From: an uncultured Acidobacteriota bacterium
Lineage (GTDB): Bacteria > Acidobacteriota > Vicinamibacteria > Vicinamibacterales > 2-12-FULL-66-21
Assembly (NCBI GenBank): GCA_963839705.1
Contig: CAWIWL010000013.1
Coordinates: 453,950-517,949 of the forward strand
Direction: 5' to 3'
DNA: 64,000 nucleotides
Positions 32,737-42,229 of this stretch are shown piece after piece. Under the pieces are notes generated by a model. The model did not search any database. It worked only from the letters and a program-made list of their open reading frames with translations, and had not been told where the DNA came from. The first letter of the stretch is position 1. Every line of letters begins with the position of its first letter. The translations under genes were made by a program, and so were the position numbers.

Positions 32737-32837
32737 CGCCCGTAGCGCCGAACTTCAGTTCGGCGTGAGCGACCGTGACGCGCAACTAATCGGCGTGAGC
32801 GACCGTGACGCGCAACTAAAGTTGCGCGCTACGGGCG
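32737..32837. repeat. Composite element: 30-bp direct tandem repeat (32760-32789, 32790-32819) enclosed by CGCCCGTAGCG / CGCTACGGGCG inverted arms
   Basis: tcggcgtgagcgaccgtgacgcgcaactaa occurs twice exactly. Confidence 0.95.
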
Positions 32838-32853
32838 CCTAAAAATCCAAAGC

Positions 32854-33291
32854 CTACTGTGCCCCGCAGGACGACGCACGCATCCGCAGCGACGACACGT
32901 CCATGACGGCCTGATCCGCCGCCTGGCTGGGGATCGACCTGGTGCCGGCGACGGGCGAGCCCCCGCTGAACGTCGCCGGCCCGGCCTTCATGCCCTTGTC
33001 GTCGAGCGCGGAACGTTTGACGATGCCCGTCACCTCGACGAGGTGTCCCTGATGCTTCTTCAGCTCGTCGGTGACGGGCTTCTTGGTCGCGAGACGAAAC
33101 GTGCGTTCCCCGACGTAGGGGCCGCTTTCCACGTCGGTCCGCCGCTGGTCGACCGTCTTGAGCACGCGTCCCGTCAGGCAGCCGACGACGTTCAGCTCGA
33201 TCGAGTCCTTGGGGACCTTCGGTTTCTCTTGCGGGGTCTCCTGAGGGGCAGCGAGCGCGAGCGCGACGAGTATGGCGGCGAGCGGAGTCAT
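32854..33291 (-). CDS. Secreted hypothetical protein (OB-fold-like)
   Basis: Signal MTPLAAILVALALAAPQE; IELNVVGCLTGRVLKT...GERTFRLATKKPVTDELKKHQGHLVEVTGIV. Confidence 0.75.
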   Translation of the reverse strand: MTPLAAILVALALAAPQETPQEKPKVPKDSIELNVVGCLTGRVLKTVDQRRTDVESGPYVGERTFRLATKKPVTDELKKHQGHLVEVTGIVKRSALDDKGMKAGPATFSGGSPVAGTRSIPSQAADQAVMDVSSLRMRASSCGAQ

Positions 33292-33403
33292 GGAGTCACC
33301 TTTCAGGCGCCCCTCGACGATACCACGCCGCGGCCCGAGCCGTGAGGCGAGATCGGCCGCGAGGTGGCGGAGGGGTCATATAATCCTGGGCGCAGGAGGA
33401 TCC

Positions 33404-35020
33404 ATGTCTCTCACTTCCTCGGTGGCGATTGCCGTTGTTGCTCTGTTCGTGCCGATTTCCGCTCAGCAGTCACACGAGCACGGCGGAGCAGAGAAGCTCG
33501 GGACCGTTCGTTTCAGTAATTCGTGCACGGCCGAGGCTCAGCCGGCTTTCGGGCGGGCGATGGCGCTGCTGCATTCCTTCGAGTTTGCGCCGGCCATCGA
33601 GAGCTTTACCGCGGCAGGCACGGCCGATCCCGGCTGCGCGATTGCCTCCTGGGGGATCGCGCTCAGCCGGTGGGGGAATCCGTTCGCGGCGGGGATCAAG
33701 GCGCCGGCCCAGCTCGAGGCTGGCCGTGCGGCGATTGCCAAGGCCAGGACGATCGGCGCGAAAACGGACCGCGAGCGCGACTACATCGCGGCCGCCGGGC
33801 GACTATTTGCTGACTTCGAGAAGGTCGACCAGCGCACGCGTCTTCTGGCCTACCGCGACGCGATGGCGGATCTCGCGGCTCGGTATGCCGACGATCCCGA
33901 GGCGTCAGCCTTCTACGCGCTGGCGCTGGCGGCCAGCAACGATCCGACAGACCAGACCTCGGCGAGCCTGATCAAAGCCGGCGCGATCCTCGAGCGGCTC
34001 GCACCGCAGCAGCCCGACCATCCGGGCTTCGTGCACTACATCATCCACGCCTACGATGTGCCGCTGCTCGCGCCGAAGGCGGTGAATGCGGCACGCGGCT
34101 ACGCCAAGATCGCACCGTCGGCCCCGCACGCCCTGCACATGCCGTCGCACACCTTCACCCGTCTCGGCTACTGGCAGGAGTCCGTCGACACCAACATCGC
34201 GTCGGCGGCGGCCGCGCGGCGAGAGAAATCCACCGGCGAAGAGCTTCACGCGATGGACTACCAGACCTATGCCTATCTGCAGATGGCGCAGGATCGCGCC
34301 GCCAGGGGCCTGGTCGATGCCCTTCCTGAGGTCATCACACGCATCAATCCCGGCGCCGTCTCCTCGAGCCCTCCGATCGCCGGGGTCTTCGCGCTTGCGG
34401 CGATCCCCGCTCGCTACGCGCTCGAACGCCGGGCGTGGGACGAGGCGGTTCGACTTGAGCTCCGGCCCAGCCGCTTCCCGCACGCCGACGCGATCACCTG
34501 GTTCGCGCGCGGACTCGGCGCGGCGCACACCGGAGATCAGCAGACCGCTCGCGCGGCGATCGATGCCCTGCAACAGCTCGAAGCGCAGCTCGCGACGGCC
34601 GGCGAGAGCTACTGGGCCGAGCAGGTCGCGATCCAGCGGCTCGGCGTGTCGGCGTGGATCGCGTTCAAAGACGGCCGGACCGACGAAGGATTGACGACGA
34701 TGCGAATCGCCGCCGACCGCGAGGACCGGACCGAGAAGAACGCAGTGACGCCTGGACCCATTGCACCGGCACGTGAGCTTCTCGGATACATGCTGATCGC
34801 GGCGAAGCGCCCGGCCGATGCCCTCGCGGCGTTCGATATCACGCTGACGAAGGAGCCCAATCGCTACCGCGCGCTCGCCGGCGCACTCGAGGCGGCACGG
34901 TTGTCCGGCAGCGAGACCGCCGAGCGGAAGTATGTCCAACCATTGCTCACGCTGACGTCGAAGGCCGATGTCCCCGGCCGTCCCGAGGTCGCGGCGCTGA
35001 AGAAGGGTGCCAGACAATGA
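33404..35020 (+). CDS. Secreted TPR-like repeat protein
   Basis: RBS aggagg before ATG 33404; signal peptide; VRFSNSCTAEAQPAFGRAMALLHSFEFAPAIESFTAAGTADPGCAIASWGIALSRWGNPFA. Confidence 0.85.
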   Translation: MSLTSSVAIAVVALFVPISAQQSHEHGGAEKLGTVRFSNSCTAEAQPAFGRAMALLHSFEFAPAIESFTAAGTADPGCAIASWGIALSRWGNPFAAGIKAPAQLEAGRAAIAKARTIGAKTDRERDYIAAAGRLFADFEKVDQRTRLLAYRDAMADLAARYADDPEASAFYALALAASNDPTDQTSASLIKAGAILERLAPQQPDHPGFVHYIIHAYDVPLLAPKAVNAARGYAKIAPSAPHALHMPSHTFTRLGYWQESVDTNIASAAAARREKSTGEELHAMDYQTYAYLQMAQDRAARGLVDALPEVITRINPGAVSSSPPIAGVFALAAIPARYALERRAWDEAVRLELRPSRFPHADAITWFARGLGAAHTGDQQTARAAIDALQQLEAQLATAGESYWAEQVAIQRLGVSAWIAFKDGRTDEGLTTMRIAADREDRTEKNAVTPGPIAPARELLGYMLIAAKRPADALAAFDITLTKEPNRYRALAGALEAARLSGSETAERKYVQPLLTLTSKADVPGRPEVAALKKGARQ

Positions 35021-35035
35021 GCGGTCAGACCTCGG

Positions 35036-36307
35036 GTGCGCGAGTGCTGGGAGTCGCTCGTCTGTGTGGTGGCCGCGGCCGTGTCCCTCGGCGCGCAGGC
35101 TCCTGACTCGCTCGTCCAGCGCATTCGGGCAAGCGCGCAGTACGCTCAGGCGAGCGCCTTCATCGAGACCGACTACGACCGCTTCGTGAACGAGCTCATC
35201 GCGCTCAACGAAATCCCCGCCCCGCCGTTCAAGGAGCAGGCGCGGGCCAGGGCCTACGTCGAGATGCTGCGACAGCAGGGCCTCACCGATGTCGAGATCG
35301 ACGCCGAAGGCAACGCCATGGGCGTCCGCAAGGGCGCCGGCGGAGGACCGATGGTCGCCATCGTCGCTCACCTCGATACCGTGTTCCCCGAAGGGACCGA
35401 CGTCAAGGTCAAGCGGCAAGGCACGCGGTTGGCCGCACCGGGGATCGGCGACAACACGCGCGGCATCGCGCTGATGCTGGCCGTCATCCGGGCGATGGAG
35501 GCTGCGAAGTTCCAGACGACGAGCGACGTGCTCTTTGTCGGCAACGTGGGTGAGGAAGGCGAGGGTGATCTCCGCGGCGCCAAGTTTCTGCTTCGCCAGG
35601 GCAAGTACAAGGATCGCATCAAGCAGTTCATCGCCATCGACGGCGGCGAGCAAGGCAACATCACAAGCGGCGGCGTCGGGAGCCTGCGCTATCGCGTAAC
35701 GTTCAAGGGTCCCGGCGGCCACAGCTACGGGGCGTTCGGGCTCGTCAACCCCGCCTACGCTATGGGCAGCGCGATGGCGATGTTCTCGCGCATCACCGTG
35801 CCGGTTCAGCCGAAGACGACCTTCAACATCGGCGCCGTCCGGGGCGGGACGTCGGTCAACTCGATCCCCGCAGAAGTGAGCATGGACGTGGACATGCGGT
35901 CGGAATCCTGCGCCGAGCTGAAGAAAGTGAACGAGGCGTTTCTCACGATCGTCAAGCAGGCTGTCGACGAGGAGAACGGCGTGCGGTCGACGCGCGAAGG
36001 CAAGATTCAGGCAGACCCGAAGCTGATTGGCGACCGCCCGTGCGGCCAAACGCCTGCCACCTCGCCCATCGTCCAGACGGCGACCGCTGTCGTCAGGGCC
36101 TTCGGCCTGACGCCGAACTATGCGATCAGCAGCACCGATTCCAACGTGCCGATGAACATGGGCATCCCGGCCATCACCATCGGCCGCGGCGGTCCCGGGG
36201 GCAGAGCGCATGCGCCCGACGAGTGGACCGACGTCGAGCGGAAGGGCAGTGTCGAAGCCGTCAAGGTGGCGATGACAGTCATCCTGGCCGTCGCGGGCGT
36301 TCCCTGA
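35036..36307 (+). CDS. M20/M25/M40 family metallopeptidase (start uncertain)
   Basis: GPMVAIVAHLDTVFPEGTDVKVKRQGTRLAAPGIGDNTRGIALMLAVIRAM...FVGNVGEEGEGDLRGAKFLL...FKGPGGHSYGAFG. Confidence 0.93.
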   Translation: MRECWESLVCVVAAAVSLGAQAPDSLVQRIRASAQYAQASAFIETDYDRFVNELIALNEIPAPPFKEQARARAYVEMLRQQGLTDVEIDAEGNAMGVRKGAGGGPMVAIVAHLDTVFPEGTDVKVKRQGTRLAAPGIGDNTRGIALMLAVIRAMEAAKFQTTSDVLFVGNVGEEGEGDLRGAKFLLRQGKYKDRIKQFIAIDGGEQGNITSGGVGSLRYRVTFKGPGGHSYGAFGLVNPAYAMGSAMAMFSRITVPVQPKTTFNIGAVRGGTSVNSIPAEVSMDVDMRSESCAELKKVNEAFLTIVKQAVDEENGVRSTREGKIQADPKLIGDRPCGQTPATSPIVQTATAVVRAFGLTPNYAISSTDSNVPMNMGIPAITIGRGGPGGRAHAPDEWTDVERKGSVEAVKVAMTVILAVAGVP

Positions 36308-37231
36308 TCACTTGCCAACGGGGGTCTTCGCGGATGCGGCCGCGTCGACTCGCCGCTGCATCTGTCCCGAGTCGATCGTCCGGCCGTCGTCGGTAATGGC
36401 CTGAAAGTGCAGCGTGTTGCCGACGATCTCCATCAGCAGGAAGGCGTAGCCCTGATCGAACCCCTTCGCGGTGAGATCCGAGCCAGTGATGTTGCCGCGC
36501 CGGACCTTTGCCGCGCTCCCGGCGATGATGTAGTTGATGCCGTGCTGGGGCTTGATGCGCTCGTAGAAGTGCTCGTGGCCGGTCAGCACCAGATCCACGC
36601 CGTGCTTCAGGAAGATCGGCTCCAACAGATCGCGCAGCTTGGTATCGGATCCGTGCGTGTCCCCGGATGAATAGAGGGGATGATGGAAGAAGCAGATCTT
36701 CCACTCCGAGCCGCTGGCAGCCAGTTCCTTCTCGAGCCACTCGACCTGGGCCTTGTCCACGTAGTTGCTGTCGAGCGCAAAGAAGCGGACGCTGCCCTGC
36801 GACGGCTTGAAGGAGTAGAACCGCTCGCCGTTCATGTTGAAGGGCTTGTAGAACCGCTGGTTCGGGTCGTCGTGATTCCCGAGCGCGCTGTAGAACTTGA
36901 CGCCCGCGTCGAGCAGCGGCTTGTACGGCCGTTCGAACTTGTCCGCGAAATCGGCCGGCGTTTCGCCGCCGTAGAGATTGTCGCCGAGCATCAGCGTGAA
37001 CTCGAACGGGAACGTCTCCCGCGCCGCCGCCAACCGCTGCGCGACGCGGAGTTGCGCGCTTCCACCGGTGCCGCTGTCGCCGATGACCGCGAACTTCACC
37101 GATTTCGCGTCTCGTGGCAGGGAGATCTCCTGGGCACGTGCCGGAGCGGCCCGTTGACCGCCGACGGCGAGCCCGACGGTGAAACCGACTGCGATAACGA
37201 CGAGTGAGGCCGACTTAACCAGCCGGAGCAT
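36308..37231 (-). CDS. Secreted metallophosphoesterase (purple acid phosphatase-like)
   Basis: KFAVIGDSGTGG, LMLGDNLYGG, ALGNHDD, CFFHHPLYSSG, LVLTGHEHFYER. Confidence 0.93.
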   Translation of the reverse strand: MLRLVKSASLVVIAVGFTVGLAVGGQRAAPARAQEISLPRDAKSVKFAVIGDSGTGGSAQLRVAQRLAAARETFPFEFTLMLGDNLYGGETPADFADKFERPYKPLLDAGVKFYSALGNHDDPNQRFYKPFNMNGERFYSFKPSQGSVRFFALDSNYVDKAQVEWLEKELAASGSEWKICFFHHPLYSSGDTHGSDTKLRDLLEPIFLKHGVDLVLTGHEHFYERIKPQHGINYIIAGSAAKVRRGNITGSDLTAKGFDQGYAFLLMEIVGNTLHFQAITDDGRTIDSGQMQRRVDAAASAKTPVGK

Positions 37232-37241
37232 GGAACCCCCT

Positions 37242-37813
37242 TCAACGCATAACGCGCGGGATGAAATCGACGATCAGGTTCGCGTGGACGTCGCGAAGGA
37301 TGAGATCGCGTCCAACGATCCGGTATCCAGATCCTCGGGCAGTTGCGGCAGGTTGGCCAGGATGTTGGGTGGAACCGTCGGGAGCGCGTCAGCCGTGTAC
37401 GGTGCGTTTACCTTCAACGCGATAGCCGGCGGCGCATCCTCCTTGATCACTTCCTTCGTCTTGACGCCCTTCGTGCCGGTCACTTCGGGGTAGATCAGCT
37501 GCCGCAACCGCTCGGCGATCTCGGGCGTGAAGATGTCGCCCTGCTTCGCGCCCGCGCGCTCGCTGCGGATGGCCGTTGCGAGTGCCTGCTGTGAGGCCTG
37601 TATTTTCGCCGGATCGTCCACCTTCTTCAGCGGCGGCGTCTCCTTCTCGAGCCGCTTGTGGAGCTCCATGTACTTGTCGATGCGCTGTTTGAAGTCCAGC
37701 AGCACCAGCGCTTCGGCGTTGACCTTCGGGCCATCGGGCTTGGGTTGCTGGATACCAACATTGGCCGTCGCCATTCCACAGCTCAGCACGAGAACTGCTC
37801 CGATTCCTTGCAT
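37242..37813 (-). CDS. Secreted hypothetical protein with C-terminal frameshift near 37325
   Basis: MQGIGAVLVLSCGMATANVGIQQPKPDG...PPNILANLPQLPEDL; a +1 nt correction continues EYRIVGRDLILRDVHANLIVDFIPRVMR to a stop at 37242, replacing the ORF-track ending DTGSLDAISSFATSTRT. Confidence 0.75.
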
Positions 37814-37960
37814 CAGACACACTCCGCTGCCTGAGTCTTCAGGATGCGTGCCCACTGTTGACGAGCTCTGCTGGTGTGCGACAATGGGGGTGCCTGCCTT
37901 GCCTGAGCCTTGGCGCTCCACGCGTGCGCCGGGGCCCGTTCTGGTTTAGAGGTACTTCCG

Positions 37961-38983
37961 ATGAGCTCCCACGTGAGCACTTTCAGAGGCGCCGCCCTCC
38001 GCTCGCGCTATGTCGTGCCGGCGGTGACTGTCGTCTGCGCCGCAGCGCTGTGTGTGTCGATCGCCGGCCAACAGCAGACGCCGTTCAAGAGCGGCGCGAG
38101 CACGGTTGCGGTGTACACCACCGTGACCGACTCGACCGGCCGGCTGGTGCCCGATCTCACCAAAGACGACTTCGAGGTCTACGACAACGGCAAGCTCCAG
38201 CCGATCACGCTCTTCAACACCGAGACGCAGCCCATCTCGGTCATCGTGATGCTCGACCGGAGCGGCAGCATGAAGGAGAACTTCCGGCTCGTCTCGGTCG
38301 GCGCCGAGGAGTTCATCAAACGGCTGCTGCCTGCCGACAAGGCCCGCATCGGCAGCTTCGCCACCAAGATAGAGATCAGTCCCGAAGAGTTCACGAGCGA
38401 CCGGCGGGCGTTGGTCGAGATCCTCCGCTCCGAGCTGCAGCCCGACGGACCGACGCCGCTCTGGAATGCCGCCAACGTCGCCATCAGGGAACTGCTGCCC
38501 CAGGACGGGCGCAAGGTCGTCCTGCTCTTTACCGACGGCGTGGACAGCCCGGGCAACTTCAAGACGAACAACCTCAGCGTGATGGACGTGATGGAGCGCG
38601 CGACCAAGGAAGACGTGATGCTGTACGCGATCGGTCTCGAGAGCCGCTTGCCGTACGGCCGTACGCAGGCACCACTTGGGGGCGGCGGCTTTACCGGCGG
38701 GTTTGGCGGCGGTGGCGGCGGCGGGATGACGCAGCGGCCCGATCCGGGGCTGCCGAAGATTGCCTCGGAAACCGGCGGCGGCTACTTCGAGCTGACCCGA
38801 GCCGACGATCTGAAGTCGACCTTCGCCCGCGTCGCCGACGAGCTGCACCAGCAGTACGCGCTCGGGTTTGCGCCGACCAAGCTCGATGGCAAGACACACG
38901 ACCTCGAGGTCAAGGTCAAGACCAAGGGCATGAAAGCCAGGGCGCGCAAGAGCTACGTCGCGGCGAAGGCGCCGACGTCCTGA
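37961..38983 (+). CDS. VWA domain-containing protein (acidobacterial VWFA-related type)
   Basis: LVPDLTKDDFEVYDNGKLQPITLFNTETQPISVIVMLDRSGSMKENF (MIDAS DxSxS); LLFTDGVDSPGN; Gly-rich loop GGGGFTGGFGGGGGGG. Confidence 0.92.
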   Translation: MSSHVSTFRGAALRSRYVVPAVTVVCAAALCVSIAGQQQTPFKSGASTVAVYTTVTDSTGRLVPDLTKDDFEVYDNGKLQPITLFNTETQPISVIVMLDRSGSMKENFRLVSVGAEEFIKRLLPADKARIGSFATKIEISPEEFTSDRRALVEILRSELQPDGPTPLWNAANVAIRELLPQDGRKVVLLFTDGVDSPGNFKTNNLSVMDVMERATKEDVMLYAIGLESRLPYGRTQAPLGGGGFTGGFGGGGGGGMTQRPDPGLPKIASETGGGYFELTRADDLKSTFARVADELHQQYALGFAPTKLDGKTHDLEVKVKTKGMKARARKSYVAAKAPTS

Positions 38984-38986
38984 CGC

Positions 38987-39409
38987 TCAGTCGTCTCCCG
39001 CGACGGAACGGCGGCGCTCCTTGGTGCTCGCGCGGCGCCGTTTGGCATCCAGGCGCTGCAGCTTGGACGCCCCGGACGGCCGCGTCTTGCGGCGCCGCTT
39101 CGGCCTGACCGCGGCCTTGCGCAGCAGTTCCACCAGCCGCTCCCGCGCCGCCTCCCGATTCTGCGCCTGCGTCCTGAACGCGCGCGAATCGATCACCACC
39201 ACACCATCGGCCGTCATGCGCGAGCCGGCAATCGTCTTGAGGCGCCCGCGCAATTCGTCGTCTATCGAGCGCGACCGGCCCGCATCGAAGCGCAGTTGCA
39301 CCGCCGTCGCCACCTTGTTGACGTTCTGACCGCCCGGTCCGGACGAGCGAACGAACCGTTCCTCGATTTCGGAGTCGTCGATGACGATGGTGGGGGTGAT
39401 GTGGAGCAT
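38987..39409 (-). CDS. arfB: Alternative ribosome-rescue factor / peptidyl-tRNA hydrolase ArfB
   Basis: EERFVRSSGPGGQNVNKVATAVQLRFD (GGQ) with basic C-terminal tail KRRRKTRPSGASKLQRLDAKRRRASTKERRR. Confidence 0.93.
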   Translation of the reverse strand: MLHITPTIVIDDSEIEERFVRSSGPGGQNVNKVATAVQLRFDAGRSRSIDDELRGRLKTIAGSRMTADGVVVIDSRAFRTQAQNREAARERLVELLRKAAVRPKRRRKTRPSGASKLQRLDAKRRRASTKERRRSVAGDD

Positions 39410-39413
39410 TGAG

Positions 39414-39523
39414 CTTCAGGTTCAGGGTTCAAGGTTCAAGGCTTCAAGGTTCAAAGTTCAAGCCGCGAGCTACGACAGCTCGCTCGACGATCTTACTTGA
39501 ACCCTGAACCCTGAACCCTGAAC
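39414..39523. repeat. Inverted pair of heptad arrays (TTCAGGG/TTCAAGG)n ... (CCCTGAA)n
   Basis: cttcaggttcagggttcaaggttcaaggcttcaaggttcaaagttcaag ... cttgaaccctgaaccctgaaccctgaac. Confidence 0.9.
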
Positions 39524-41985
39524 TACGCCTCCCACCTGAGCGCCTCGGCCGGATCGATCCGCGAGGCTCGGCGTGCGGGCAGATAGCTGGCGAGAACGGC
39601 GGTTCCGCCGAGGGCGAGGGCGACGGCCGCGTAGGTGAGCGGATCGTACGCGCTGACGCCGAAGAGGAGCGTCGACATGGCGCGCGTCAGCAGCGCAGCG
39701 GCCGCCAGTCCGCACACGATCCCGATGGCGGCGAGAACGATGCCGTGACGCACGAAGAGTTGGCTCACGTCGCGACTGGCCGCGCCGAGCGCGATGCGGA
39801 TGCCGATCTCCTTGGTCCGCTGTTGCGCGACGTAGGCGATGACGCCGTAGATGCCGACCACGCCGAGCAGGAGCGCGACGGCGGCAGCAATCCCGAGCAT
39901 CACAAGCGCGAAGGAGGTCTGTGCCATGGAGCCGGCGCGGATCTGGTCGAGCGTGCGCACGCTGGCGACAGGCAGGTTTCCGTTCACGGACCAGACGGCC
40001 TGCTGGATCTCCTTCAGCAGCGTCGGCGAGCCGGTTCGATCCGTCCGCACGGCATAGGCGAGATTGCGTTGCGCGAATGTCTGGCCTCGGTAGTAGTTGT
40101 CAATCCAGAGAGGCCAGTAGATGATGGCCGGCGCCGGCCGCACGATGCCGTTGTCGCGCTCGTTGCCCACGACGCCGATGATCGTCCGCCACGGGTTGCT
40201 TGGCGTCTGGCGGATCCGCTTGCCAATCGCCGCCGCGGGTTCCTTCCAATACTCTCTGGCAAAGTTCTCGCTGATCAGCACGACAGACGCCTTGCTGTAA
40301 ACGTCGGCCCACGTCATCTCCCGGCCCGCCACGATGGGATTGCCCATCGTCTGGAAGTAATTCTGCGCCGTCCATTTGAAGCGGCGCAGGGGCGGCAGCT
40401 TCTCGTCTGGCGGCGGGAAGTCCTCGACGAAGATGGGGTCGTTGCTGTCGAAGCCGTCCATGGTGATCGAGTTCGACACTCCCACTGACTTGACTCCGGG
40501 GATCTGCTCGAGCTTGCGGACGATCTGTTCGTGCGTGCGCAGCGCCCGTTCCTCGTCGGGGATGAGTGTCTCCGGGATCGACACGCGCAGCGTGAGCACT
40601 TCTTCCGGGCGGACGAATCCGGGCGCGACCTGGCGCATGGCCTGGAACGTGCGGATCATCAAACCGGAGGCGACGAGCAGAACCACCGCAAGCGCGATCT
40701 CGGCGACGACGAGTCCGTTGCGCGCGCGGTGACGCTCGCGTCCGGCGCTCGAGAGGCGTCCTCCCTCTTTGAGCGTCGACGCGAGGTGCGGCGTGGCGAA
40801 CTTCGCGACGGGAAGCAGCCCGAAGAGGAGTCCTGCCAACAGCGAAATCGACAGCGTGAACAGGAGCACCAGCGGATCGAGCCCGATCTCTCCCGTGCGC
40901 GGCAGCCCGTCGGGCGCATTGGCGACCAGCATGCGGATCCCGGCATAGGCCAGGCCGAGTCCGACGACGCCGCCGGCGAGCGCCAGCGTGAGGCTTTCCG
41001 AAAGAAGCTCCCAGGCAATCCTGCGTGAACCGGCGCCGAGAGCAGCGTGGATGGCCAGTTCCTGCTGTCGCGCCTCGGCGCGCACCAGGAACAGGTTCGC
41101 GACGTTCGCGCATGCGATGAGCAGCACGAGCCCGACCGTGCCCAGAAGGACCCACAGCACGCGTCCGATGTCGCCGACGGCGTCGACCGAGAGCGGCCGA
41201 ACGTTGGGTCCCATCTTCACGTCATCGAACATCTTTCGTGTGAACCCGCCCGGCATCGGGAACCGATCGGGGATCACGGGGATCAATCGGGCGACGTCCG
41301 CGTTGGCCTGCTCGAGCGTCACGCCCGGTTTGAGGCGCGCCACGCCCTGAAAGCTGAAGTTGCCGACATGAAGCTCGGCGCGATTGAAGCGGAAGGGGAG
41401 GACGAGCTGCGGGTTGCGATTGAGGAAGCTGAACTTCGCCGGAAGCACGCCGATGATTTCGCGGGGCTTGCCGTCGACGACGATCGACTTGCCGACGACG
41501 GAGCGATCGCTGCCGAACTTCCGTTCCCAGTAGGCATGGCTCAGGATGACGCGTTCGGGCGTCTTCGGCGAGTCGTCTTCCGCGGTAAAGCTCCGCCCCA
41601 GAATCGGGTTCACGTGCAGCAGGCTCAGCGTGCCGTCAGTTACGAACAGGACCTGGATTCGCTCCGGCTCTCCGCTGCCCGTGACCGACACGGCGCCGTT
41701 GTCCCAGAGGCCGATATCCTGGAAGACTCGTCCTTCCTCCCGGTAGACCAGGTAGGTGGCGGGCGACATGTTCAGGTTCGGGATCCCGAGTCCCGGCGCC
41801 GCGTGCCACACGCCGACGAGCGCATCGGGCTCGTCGAAGGGCAGCGGCTTGAGCAGCACCCCGCGGACGACGCTGAAGATGGCCGTGTTGGCGCCGATGC
41901 CGAGCGCGAGCGTAAAGACCGCGATCAGCGTGAACATGGGTGCCCGAAGCAGGCGCCGGACAACTCGCCGGGGAGTGGCAGTCAT
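39523..41985 (-). CDS. ADOP/MacB-like ABC transporter permease
   Basis: [45 protein letters not shown]; ending [23 protein letters not shown]. Confidence 0.93.
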   Translation of the reverse strand: MTATPRRVVRRLLRAPMFTLIAVFTLALGIGANTAIFSVVRGVLLKPLPFDEPDALVGVWHAAPGLGIPNLNMSPATYLVYREEGRVFQDIGLWDNGAVSVTGSGEPERIQVLFVTDGTLSLLHVNPILGRSFTAEDDSPKTPERVILSHAYWERKFGSDRSVVGKSIVVDGKPREIIGVLPAKFSFLNRNPQLVLPFRFNRAELHVGNFSFQGVARLKPGVTLEQANADVARLIPVIPDRFPMPGGFTRKMFDDVKMGPNVRPLSVDAVGDIGRVLWVLLGTVGLVLLIACANVANLFLVRAEARQQELAIHAALGAGSRRIAWELLSESLTLALAGGVVGLGLAYAGIRMLVANAPDGLPRTGEIGLDPLVLLFTLSISLLAGLLFGLLPVAKFATPHLASTLKEGGRLSSAGRERHRARNGLVVAEIALAVVLLVASGLMIRTFQAMRQVAPGFVRPEEVLTLRVSIPETLIPDEERALRTHEQIVRKLEQIPGVKSVGVSNSITMDGFDSNDPIFVEDFPPPDEKLPPLRRFKWTAQNYFQTMGNPIVAGREMTWADVYSKASVVLISENFAREYWKEPAAAIGKRIRQTPSNPWRTIIGVVGNERDNGIVRPAPAIIYWPLWIDNYYRGQTFAQRNLAYAVRTDRTGSPTLLKEIQQAVWSVNGNLPVASVRTLDQIRAGSMAQTSFALVMLGIAAAVALLLGVVGIYGVIAYVAQQRTKEIGIRIALGAASRDVSQLFVRHGIVLAAIGIVCGLAAAALLTRAMSTLLFGVSAYDPLTYAAVALALGGTAVLASYLPARRASRIDPAEALRWEA

Positions 41986-42024
41986 GTGGACCTTAGACGT
42001 CCGCCGCTCGTCCCGCGTTCGGCC

Positions 42025-42102
42025 CGGGGACACTCAACCGTGACAGTCCCCGGGGACATTCAACCGTGACAGTCCCCGGGGACATTCAACCGTGACAGTC
42101 CC
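42025..42102. repeat. Three tandem 26-bp repeats CGGGGACATTCAACCGTGACAGTCCC between divergent permease genes
   Basis: Copies 42025-42050 (one C/T variant), 42051-42076, 42077-42102. Confidence 0.97.
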
Positions 42103-42229
42103 CGACTTACCCGCGGCCGGGGGCGGACGGCGGGTGTTCGGAGTCGACCACTGTGGCTGCGCATTCAACGGGTTTGCGTTCATTTCGTCCGGATTTTCGG
42201 GGCACACGGGTTGCACTACACTGACCCCG

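Noticed and set aside
33905-36211. 768-aa minus-strand ORF
   Set aside because: Antisense to the TPR protein and M20 peptidase, both well supported; shadow ORF.
42025-42102. CRISPR array
   Set aside because: The units are contiguous tandem repeats with no unique spacers, and no cas genes are present in the window.
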